A stretch of 32,934 bases of DNA from Euryarchaeota archaeon UBA550 (GTDB taxonomy: Archaea; Thermoplasmatota; Poseidoniia; Poseidoniales; Poseidoniaceae): assembly GCA_002506705.1 (NCBI GenBank), contig DAYA01000065.1, positions 1 to 32,934 on the forward strand, written 5' to 3'. The position numbers and the translations under genes are program-made. A model generated the notes under the pieces. That model did not search any database. It was given only the letters and a program-made list of their open reading frames with translations, and was not told where the DNA came from. This document shows, piece by piece, positions 16,801 through 23,946 of this stretch. Each line of letters starts with the position of its first letter. Positions within the stretch are counted from its first letter, which is position 1.

Positions 16801-18777
16801 ATTGGAATGGTACGTCATAAAGTGAAATTAGAGGGTAATGGAGTAGAACTTGAACATTCAGAACTGGAATTCAATGTCGTAGTAGATGAGTATCTAGTCG
16901 GTTCAAAGACAGGATTAACTCTCTCTGATGGTGAGGCTGTTCTAGGATTTGTAGGTATACCGGAAGGTGTGGACAGTGAAGACGGAGGAGGTCTCTTATT
17001 CACAACAAAGGATGGAGAATTGCATGCCAGAACATTAACTTCTGGCTTCTCTATACCTGGCGACACGTTAATTGAGGATAATTGGGCTGGAGAATTCGCA
17101 TTTGCACTTCGTGACGATAACCGTGTCCATCTCGCATGGACAAAAAGAACCACAACTCAACAAGGATACACAATGACCGATATTGGAATGGCTAGCATAG
17201 GCATGCTTGGCGATTTGAGTTCGAAGTCGTCTCACATGACGCCTCTGAAACTCTCTGAGGGAAGTTATTGGGGATTCGATTTAGCAACAAATGGCGATGA
17301 GATAGTACTTGCAGGATACCACAGGGACATTTTGACAGGCGGTTCGTGGAATGATTTAACCAATGTTTTCATGATTCACAATGATGATTACAGGTCATCA
17401 AGTTGGACTGTAAAGATGAACGTCCTATCAGATGTTGATATCAAACCACAAGATGGTGACCCTCTCGCTGTAGCGATCGGTGAAGACGAAATACACCTGC
17501 TGTACCAAGCAATGAGAGACGATGTCACAGGAATAGAGCGTGTTGGTTTGTTCTATGCACACGGGACTATATCTCAAACTCCATTTAGTTTCCAAGCACC
17601 AGCTGGAGATGACGCACATATGCCGGAGTTACTTGTCCTCGAAGATGACGACGAGGATGTTTTAGTTGCCGCTTGGATTGAGGGCAATGGTCGAACATCC
17701 GAAATTGTTAGCGTTGTACAGGATTCAGTTTGGTCTGTTGAGGATTACACTATCACGCCATCACCAGGAGCAACCAAGGTCGTGATGATTGAAATGGGAG
17801 AAGACAGAATCAAGGTCTTCCACGATGAAGTAGGAATCTCAGGACCCGTTACAAGGTATGGACTGTTCAACATAGGTGATACCAAAATCTCACTTTCAAA
17901 CATAATTGGTGGTGGGCACGTCATTGGAGCAGGTTCAATCGGCCAAGATGCGATTGTAATCATGACATCACCATCCGGACAAATAAGTGGAAAGACCATT
18001 GCAACCACCAATCCTGACAAAGGTTCAGAAGATGGCGGTGGATTCCTAGATGTGCTTTTGAGTCCTCTTCCAGGAGATACTCAACAAGAGAAAATGGTTG
18101 CATTAGGAGCAATCGGTGGAGTTCTTTTCTTGATGTTCGTTTCCGTAATTGTAGTCCTAAGGCGCTCTCACCGTGAGGAAGAAGAACTCGAGGTGTCAAC
18201 CGAAACTGGCGATTTGGAATTACTCGTAGAAACTGAGGAAGATGATGGCCCACTGGTTGCAATAGATACCGACGGTGAATCAGATTTGGTCGTATCGACA
18301 GCACCGCTTAATGTGATTCTTGAAGAGGAAGAGGAAGAACCGACTTTATCTGACGAACTGGAGGCCAAGGTTGAGGCAGGGAATGCTTCAAAGCGACTAG
18401 AGCGAAGGATGAAGCGAAAGAGTGACCGAGAGGCGAGAGAGATATTTGAGAACATATCAAAGACATTGCCTAATCTACCAGCGCCTGGAGAACTACCTCC
18501 TTTACCAATCCCGCAGGCAAATGACGCACCTCAGGAAATAGTTCTACCAAAGTTGGACGAATTACCTCCATTGCCAGCGCCGGGTGAATTACCTATGCCG
18601 CCTGCTCCCGGACAATTACCAATGCCTCCTGCACCAGGTGCTCTTCCATTATTACCGGGAATGCCGGCACCTCAGAAAACCGTTACATGTGGTTCATGTG
18701 GCGCCAAGACTACTGTAAAAGACATGACCTTGCGAAGAATGAACTGTCCGGTTTGCTCTGAAGTAATCAATATGTGA
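13852..18777 (+). CDS. Membrane-anchored S8 (subtilisin-like) serine protease with Ig-like/CARDB domains, TM helix, Pro-rich cytoplasmic tail and zinc ribbon
   Basis: Signal peptide MRGIKALLLAIVFLIA; triad IAVLDSG, HGTHVAG, GTSMATP; oxyanion AAGND; WDSTEVDDGSH (Ig-like); VVNTGDLDA...IDPNGAM (CARDB); TM near 18094-18160; CGSC...CPVC at the end. The ORF track starts at TTG 13843. Confidence 0.93.
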   Translation: MRGIKALLLAIVFLIADMSALTSAMPADEPEIGEEITEEMADRMPFRGERHATEEYGWWFAYGPDSNFDGMDDRLEQVIAGDVSQSTTAIIGADGRKTVAIVVDYAWHPGQEEVDELVALLRNHGWDAEGSWFQVMDSIDSIVVDHVPVSALLEIHAIESVVVVEMQNVMYPTLESANPATRIQPSDVYSGTVYDRGYDGEGVVIAVLDSGVDNEHRSLNDFDDENDEPDLDPNSYDDQKWVAGYDATSQASNPDGSQDPDDGQGHGTHVAGIALGTGDSSRVHIGAAPGAFLVDIKVLTDSGGTNSQNSLNGIQWMINNVDTDWGNGAKGIQIGQMSFGSIGNPINQDNGDNGTGAEARLVNNATYNAGIACIIAAGNDGKQRIASPGSADGAITIGSADNADTINRTDDFMASYSNTGPRLSDNDNDDWDELKPDLVAFGSGIYSASAATGTSFPGTPRPEADNAYESKDGTSMATPLVSGVVALMLQADSSLSPVEIKDILRNSSEQKGSASEPSVSNRWNSDWGFGSLDASCAVDTVLGRSCTPFTDGGGGGGVIVDPPNESDEGIIFDTPENGTWLLTGDMMELEGRIIADTGPWNSVQVRLTQYYEEDDEVVLMDWQEASVQNLSWSFNDLIPTSWYDADETAVVIEVQALGSGDMVSNAAHWVRIGRMSATFGSPSSGSTLSDTVSFSGTAQGIEPSELIFRVDSGEWSSVYTFDEEDYEAQDWSFTWDSTEVDDGSHKISIRLVNKSGLESDIVRRTYTIDNLPPAPELRFQGSVEVYDRDDLPASSAIAGTILEIRFNVVNTGDLDATDLHLKLDAPGSESSTYPSEGKIPRLNQGETIAVTLWWWATEAGTHDVTIQIDPNGAMNDDDSDNEYTFQFEVEERPLEPTLRFLTSAVTTSKPIPQPSDGDDKKPYEIRVRVDNLGRTDATDIKMTLYTYVENGFTETGSNTISVIPGSDTSSGKAETVFSYTHDEIGMVRHKVKLEGNGVELEHSELEFNVVVDEYLVGSKTGLTLSDGEAVLGFVGIPEGVDSEDGGGLLFTTKDGELHARTLTSGFSIPGDTLIEDNWAGEFAFALRDDNRVHLAWTKRTTTQQGYTMTDIGMASIGMLGDLSSKSSHMTPLKLSEGSYWGFDLATNGDEIVLAGYHRDILTGGSWNDLTNVFMIHNDDYRSSSWTVKMNVLSDVDIKPQDGDPLAVAIGEDEIHLLYQAMRDDVTGIERVGLFYAHGTISQTPFSFQAPAGDDAHMPELLVLEDDDEDVLVAAWIEGNGRTSEIVSVVQDSVWSVEDYTITPSPGATKVVMIEMGEDRIKVFHDEVGISGPVTRYGLFNIGDTKISLSNIIGGGHVIGAGSIGQDAIVIMTSPSGQISGKTIATTNPDKGSEDGGGFLDVLLSPLPGDTQQEKMVALGAIGGVLFLMFVSVIVVLRRSHREEEELEVSTETGDLELLVETEEDDGPLVAIDTDGESDLVVSTAPLNVILEEEEEEPTLSDELEAKVEAGNASKRLERRMKRKSDREAREIFENISKTLPNLPAPGELPPLPIPQANDAPQEIVLPKLDELPPLPAPGELPMPPAPGQLPMPPAPGALPLLPGMPAPQKTVTCGSCGAKTTVKDMTLRRMNCPVCSEVINM
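18475..18672 (+). repeat. Pro-rich peptide repeats PAPG(E/Q/A)LP x4
   Basis: LPAPGELPPLP...LPAPGELPMPPAPGQLPMPPAPGALPLLPG in the translation; degenerate at DNA level. Confidence 0.8.
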
Positions 18778-18786
18778 GGCTTTTCT

Positions 18787-20610
18787 GTGTGTGGAATTTT
18801 TGGATTCATTGGAAAACGTTCAGCGGCACCATTACTTGTTGATGGACTGCGAAGGCTAGAATACCGAGGCTACGATTCTTCTGGAATTGTAGTGAAAAAT
18901 GGGAATTTGCAAGTTCATAAGAAGATTGGAAAGGTCTCAGAGTTATCCAAAATCCTGCCAAATCACATCGAAGGAAATGTTGGAATCGCTCACACTAGAT
19001 GGGCAACTCACGGAGGAGTTACCGATGAGAATGCTCACCCTCATCTCTCCCAAAATGGAGACATCGCACTAGTCCATAACGGAATTATTGACAATGCTAG
19101 AGGCTTGAGAAAGCGCTTGACTGAACGAGGTTTTCATCTCGAATCTGAAACCGATTCAGAAGCCCTAGTGCACATGATTTCAATCGGAATCGATTCTGGC
19201 CAAAGTCCTCTTGAATCTGTTCGACAAACCTTGAACAGAGTTACTGGGACTTGGGGGCTTTGTGTTTTGTTCAAAGAACACGACTTGATAGTCTGTGCAA
19301 GAAATGGCTCACCTCTAATCATTGGTAAGGGAGAAGGAGAATCATTCGTATCATCTGACCCACACGCATTGACCCAACACACCCAGAGTTTCTATCTCTT
19401 GGAAGACGGTGACATGGCGGTTGTAACAAGAGATGGTATAGACATCTCAAGGCTAGAAGGTGGAGCATCTTCTACGGGCCTTACGATACTGGAAGATGAG
19501 TGGGGAGAAGCAGATATGGCAGGTTTCCCACACTATATGCTCAAAGAAATTCACGAACAGCCCGAAGCATTACGCAGGTGCATAACAGGGCGACTAGACA
19601 TGGCAAATGGTAGTGCAAAGTTAGGTGGTTTACGCCTCGACCCTCTTCGGTTGAGAACGGTGCCTCACGTGAGGCTAATCGGCTGTGGAACTGCACTGAA
19701 CGCTACCAAGATCGGTCAATTGGCAATCGAGAGTTTAGCAAGAATTCCTGCTGTTGCTCACGTGGCGAGTGAATTCAGGTACAATGACCCGGTAATCAAT
19801 CCAAACGCCATACATTTTGCAGTTTCGCAATCAGGAGAGACCGCAGATACTCTCTCAGCGGTGAAGGAAATCCAACTCAAGGGAGGAGATGTTCACGGTA
19901 TTGTGAATGTTGTTGGTTCTACTATCGCAAGAACTTGTGGCCAAGGAGTATACATTCACAGTGGTCCAGAGCAAGCGGTTGCATCAACAAAGGCGTTCAC
20001 AAATATGGTGGCATCACTACTACTGTTTGCTATTAGAATTGGTCGTACGCGAAATTTTTCTCGAGAAAAAGGCCAATCGATAATCAAAGACTTCCAAAGA
20101 ATTCCAGATTTAATGGAAAAATATCTACAAAACCCTGGTCCAATAGATGAAGCGGTTGAGCTGGTGAAGGATGCAAAAAGCGTTCTATTCCTCGGCAGAG
20201 GATTGTCTGCCCCTGTTGCAAGTGAAGGAGCCCTAAAGTTGATGGAAATAGCATATATTCCATGTCTAGCTTATCCTGCAGGGGAGATGAAACATGGGCC
20301 AATCGCTCTCTTAGAAGAGGGCAGTCCAGTAGTAGTCATTCTTCCAAATGACAAACACCGCGAGAAGACAATTGCTTCGATGCACGAATGTAGAGCACGT
20401 GGAGCAAAAATAATCCTAATTCATGAAGAAGGAGACGTAGAGGCGACCGAGGAAGCGGATATTTCGATTCCAGTTCCTTCTTGCAGTTATTTATTGACAC
20501 CTCTACTTACGGTGGTCCCTACTCAGTTGATTGCTTACAGAACAGCACTAGCTCTTGGTTGCGATGTAGATCGGCCAAGGAATTTGGCAAAATCAGTAAC
20601 AGTTGAGTAA
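18787..20610 (+). CDS. glmS: Glutamine--fructose-6-phosphate aminotransferase (isomerizing)
   Basis: MCGI start (GTG), LEYRGYDS, HTRWATHG, HNGII, SQSGETADT, VASTKAF, EMKHGPIAL, PRNLAKSVTVE. Confidence 0.98.
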   Translation: MCGIFGFIGKRSAAPLLVDGLRRLEYRGYDSSGIVVKNGNLQVHKKIGKVSELSKILPNHIEGNVGIAHTRWATHGGVTDENAHPHLSQNGDIALVHNGIIDNARGLRKRLTERGFHLESETDSEALVHMISIGIDSGQSPLESVRQTLNRVTGTWGLCVLFKEHDLIVCARNGSPLIIGKGEGESFVSSDPHALTQHTQSFYLLEDGDMAVVTRDGIDISRLEGGASSTGLTILEDEWGEADMAGFPHYMLKEIHEQPEALRRCITGRLDMANGSAKLGGLRLDPLRLRTVPHVRLIGCGTALNATKIGQLAIESLARIPAVAHVASEFRYNDPVINPNAIHFAVSQSGETADTLSAVKEIQLKGGDVHGIVNVVGSTIARTCGQGVYIHSGPEQAVASTKAFTNMVASLLLFAIRIGRTRNFSREKGQSIIKDFQRIPDLMEKYLQNPGPIDEAVELVKDAKSVLFLGRGLSAPVASEGALKLMEIAYIPCLAYPAGEMKHGPIALLEEGSPVVVILPNDKHREKTIASMHECRARGAKIILIHEEGDVEATEEADISIPVPSCSYLLTPLLTVVPTQLIAYRTALALGCDVDRPRNLAKSVTVE

Positions 20611-21330
20611 TCAATTGATACTGAATCTCTGGTCTGCAGAATTCCAAAGGATGGGGGAATATCCTAATTTGTGGTGAGTGTGTCTCATCTTGATCACACC
20701 TAGTTTACGAGTAATATCGTCACCACTTCTTTCCATTGTCAGATGCATTACTCCATCCGATAGATAGTCTTCAACACCATACTCTCCGAATTGCTTGTGG
20801 TCTTCTCCGGTCATTTCACAGATGAAGAATGAGGTCAATTCTAGGCGTCGGCATGCTTCGAATAATCTGAAAATTTCGTCACGTGGATTTTCCATCTTTG
20901 TTAATGTGAAGAATGCTCCCAATGAATCGAATACCAACAACTCAAACCCGATTGATTGTCTGTATGAGGTAAGTTGCTTGATCAACTGCCCCATCCAATC
21001 AATTCTGTTGCTCATGCCTTGCTCATCAAGTTGAACACGCAAATCGGACAAGTCGATGATTGCGATTCGGTTGCGAACACGAGGGTCATCTACGTTCATT
21101 CCCATGTTGGACATGTGTGACCTCAAGGAATCCTTTCCTTGCTCAAGAGTGACGTATATACCGCTTGTTTCTCCATAGAGTACAGCATTGTAAAGTAGGG
21201 AAAATGTTACTGATGATTTCATTGCACCGGATTGTCCAGCAACGATACAAATGTGTCCTTGTGGTATGCCACCTTGCATGTTTTCATCTAATCCTGCGAT
21301 GTGTGTTGGAATCCTTTCGATGTCACTCAC
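20611..21330 (-). CDS. Single-domain KaiC/RAD55-like RecA-superfamily ATPase
   Basis: IPTHIAGLD...GGIP, Walker A variant GQSGAMKSS, YVTLEQ, LVFDS, EDYLSDG, IKMRHTHH; GGTGA SD before the GTG. Confidence 0.9.
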   Translation of the reverse strand: MSDIERIPTHIAGLDENMQGGIPQGHICIVAGQSGAMKSSVTFSLLYNAVLYGETSGIYVTLEQGKDSLRSHMSNMGMNVDDPRVRNRIAIIDLSDLRVQLDEQGMSNRIDWMGQLIKQLTSYRQSIGFELLVFDSLGAFFTLTKMENPRDEIFRLFEACRRLELTSFFICEMTGEDHKQFGEYGVEDYLSDGVMHLTMERSGDDITRKLGVIKMRHTHHKLGYSPILWNSADQRFSIN

Positions 21331-21365
21331 GTCGTCTCACCACTCGGGTGTAACAGCGATGCTCT

Positions 21366-21372
21366 CTTCAAG
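21366..21372. promoter_or_regulatory. Putative bidirectional TATA-like box CTTCAAG/CTTGAAG
   Basis: Same heptamer as at 12846, between divergent kaiC-like and maf genes; 21 nt from the maf ATG. Confidence 0.45.
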
Positions 21373-21393
21373 GTGACCCCCAACCAAGGTTTC

Positions 21394-21945
21394 ATGGGAA
21401 TCTGGTTAGCAAGTGCTTCAGAGCGTCGCGCTCAGATTCTAAATGATAGAATTGGACCCATACATGTAGAAGCTCTACTGGATGTTGATGAAAGCCATCC
21501 ATCAGGCCCAGTTCCAAATCAAGTATTGGAAATTTGTCGCAGGAAAAGCGATGCAGTACCCCCAAATCATGGCTTTCAAGGCGTGGTAGTAGCAGACACG
21601 ATGATTGAGGACCCGGATGACCCAAATGTTGCGATAGGAAAAGCAGTAGACGAGTTATCTGCAGTCTCTATGATTAAGAGACTCTCTGGAAGGCGTCATC
21701 AGGTTTGGTCTGCTACCGGAGTTCAGATATGTGGTGATTGGACTTTTTTTGTTGAAAGTGCGGTTGTAGAAATCGACGACTTAAATTCAGATGAAATTGC
21801 CCATTTGATAGAAACAGAATCTTGGAAAGGTAAGGCCGGCTCTTACGACTTAGCTGGTGAAATGGGTAAGCACGCAAGGCTAGTTGATGGAGATGAATTA
21901 GCGGTCTTGGGTTTTGCTCCTAGCGCTCTAAGGCTGCTAGATTAG
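21394..21945 (+). CDS. maf: Maf family nucleoside triphosphate pyrophosphatase
   Basis: WLASASERR, DVDES, VADT, GK, LSGRRHQV, KAGSY, VLGF. ATG at 21394 preferred because the ORF-track start overlaps the divergent gene. Confidence 0.9.
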   Translation: MGIWLASASERRAQILNDRIGPIHVEALLDVDESHPSGPVPNQVLEICRRKSDAVPPNHGFQGVVVADTMIEDPDDPNVAIGKAVDELSAVSMIKRLSGRRHQVWSATGVQICGDWTFFVESAVVEIDDLNSDEIAHLIETESWKGKAGSYDLAGEMGKHARLVDGDELAVLGFAPSALRLLD

Positions 21946-23264
21946 TTTTCATCGGTATATCCCGAACCTTGTTCTGGGTTTGCAAGATACTGGTCATAGA
22001 ACATTGGAATCTTGTGCCATGTGTATAGGCAAAAGAAGGTTTCTTTTATCCAATAAATTAGTATTGAAAGGTATGCTAATGCATAAGTTACCACTCCAAG
22101 TCTTGGGAATTGGTATAAAACTTCGTCATTTATCCAACTAGAAAACATTGCATAGATTGTAACAGCATTTCCAGCGTTTATGCTTATGATTGCAAATAAA
22201 TTCGTTTTCCTTGACTTCATTGCAATTTTCTTGTGATCTTGGTGAAGATATTCTGTGAATCCCCACAGTACTTGGAATGCAACACCAAATATCAACACCC
22301 AACGATAGTATGGTGATATTTCACTCGCAACCTGAAAATAACCCATCGTTTCTAAGTATGCTGAGATTCCAACAAAGGGTAGCCAAAGTACTGAGCATAC
22401 AAGCATTGGATTGTAGGATTTACTTTGACCTATTTGTTGGATTATTTTACGTGGGTTCACAGCTAAAAATATGAAAACATATGGTAATAATTGGAGGACC
22501 CCCTTGACCGATGTTGACAAATCACCTCTTTCATGAAGTGGTCCAGATATTAGTCCCAATATCAGCAATACTGCGTATATTCCGAATACCTTTCCAATAT
22601 TTTCTGACCGTATTATCTCCCAATCTAATCTTCTGTTGAGGTGTGAAATGATTAATGCTACTAACGCTAGTGAGAAGAAAAAATCAATCACTAAATTTTC
22701 TGAGAATTGCAAAAGGCTTGAGAACTCATATCTTAAAATCCAACAAAGTAGTGTTATTACACCTAGAACTGGCAGAAATGCCCCTAATGCATAGGAGAAT
22801 GGCCCCACACTGTTGATACTTCCAGATTTACTTCTGAAAATCGTCATAGCAGGTGACCACAAACTTACCAAGGAAGCACATAGTAGTGTCATTCCTACAG
22901 CGGTAAGAGAATTAAAAGTCGACAAATTTTTGCTAATTATTCCAGCGGAAATTGCAATTTGCCCAACGACATTCATCCCTACATAGATTCGCATAAGCGT
23001 CTTTTCGAATCCTATTACATCGTAAATCAACGGAAGTATACTGAAACTAACGCCCGCCAATATGCACATCATCCAACCAAGAGACATTTGCATTCTCAAA
23101 GAATAATGAATTTCCTTGATATTTTCGTCATAGAAATCACCACCATAATTTCCTACCCAGTATGCTGTAAAGAAAAATAGGATCTGCATTGAAACTGCAG
23201 CTAGTACCAAATCGATATAGGATCCAGCAGACCAATGTGGTTTGCGTTGGAGGTCTAATCCCAT
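21942..23264 (-). CDS. Hypothetical polytopic membrane protein (~12 TM)
   Basis: 440-aa ORF with regularly spaced hydrophobic helices; visibly more AT-rich than its neighbours. Confidence 0.75.
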   Translation of the reverse strand: MGLDLQRKPHWSAGSYIDLVLAAVSMQILFFFTAYWVGNYGGDFYDENIKEIHYSLRMQMSLGWMMCILAGVSFSILPLIYDVIGFEKTLMRIYVGMNVVGQIAISAGIISKNLSTFNSLTAVGMTLLCASLVSLWSPAMTIFRSKSGSINSVGPFSYALGAFLPVLGVITLLCWILRYEFSSLLQFSENLVIDFFFSLALVALIISHLNRRLDWEIIRSENIGKVFGIYAVLLILGLISGPLHERGDLSTSVKGVLQLLPYVFIFLAVNPRKIIQQIGQSKSYNPMLVCSVLWLPFVGISAYLETMGYFQVASEISPYYRWVLIFGVAFQVLWGFTEYLHQDHKKIAMKSRKTNLFAIISINAGNAVTIYAMFSSWINDEVLYQFPRLGVVTYALAYLSILIYWIKETFFCLYTWHKIPMFYDQYLANPEQGSGYTDEN

Positions 23265-23316
23265 GCCAATCTATTCGAACTAACTCCCTTCGTATAAAAG
23301 TATGAAGCCTATTTTT

Positions 23317-23934
23317 TCATATCAAAATGGGTGTTAGTCCAAGGTTATTTTTTGAAACATCCATTGTAACATCTTTTCCTGGCATCAGTAGCAACTTGTC
23401 AGATTCATCTAATGCAAAGATGGGTATATTCATGTCATCACCGACCTGCTTTAGCACTCTTCTGCAAGCATTTGTTTGAGTGTCCATGTGTATCAAACTG
23501 TTTAGGTCTACAATGATTGTATCTCCTCGTGAAATCCTATCCTGAATCTGTCTCACAGGTAACCTGTGCATTTGGTCGGGCACTACATATCTAAGAGCCC
23601 TGTCTGGAAAATCAGTTGGCTTTGAGGAATAGTTCGACAAGTCGTGAAACGCATCGCCATCAGGAGTCAAGGGGCCTGCCCATCCTTCGGGAACGTTTAC
23701 TGCCCTTGTAACAGGTGGTGGGATGGAAATCGTTTGCTCATCTTTGATTTCTAATGACTGAGTTTCTTGGACGTCAGGAGTCAGCTCTGCACCATCATCT
23801 GGGCTTACCAAGGTAAGCTGCTGACCGGGAGTTTCTTCCTGCTTCTTTGCTTTCTTTTTCTTAGGCGTCTTTGGTGACTCAACGCCCGGAGTTTCAGGGT
23901 CTGGGAATCCGAAAAATTGCCAAAGTGTTCCCAT
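23317..23934 (-). CDS. sepF: Cell division protein SepF-like
   Basis: N-terminal amphipathic helix MGTLWQFFGF, disordered linker, C-terminal core IQDRISRGDTIIVDLNSL...LKQVGDDMNIPIFAL...LLLMP. ATG at 23934; the ORF track starts at GTG 23943. Confidence 0.72.
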   Translation of the reverse strand: MGTLWQFFGFPDPETPGVESPKTPKKKKAKKQEETPGQQLTLVSPDDGAELTPDVQETQSLEIKDEQTISIPPPVTRAVNVPEGWAGPLTPDGDAFHDLSNYSSKPTDFPDRALRYVVPDQMHRLPVRQIQDRISRGDTIIVDLNSLIHMDTQTNACRRVLKQVGDDMNIPIFALDESDKLLLMPGKDVTMDVSKNNLGLTPILI

Positions 23935-23946
23935 AATTTTCACTGC

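Noticed and set aside
20611-21330. Circadian clock kaiC
   Set aside because: Single domain with no kaiA/kaiB nearby; this fits the common archaeal KaiC-like ATPases.
21301-21393. ORF-track N-terminal extensions (maf, rhomboid, zinc-ribbon protein, ccmC)
   Set aside because: They overlap neighbouring genes or putative promoter boxes and precede the family's usual N-terminus, so downstream ATGs were preferred.
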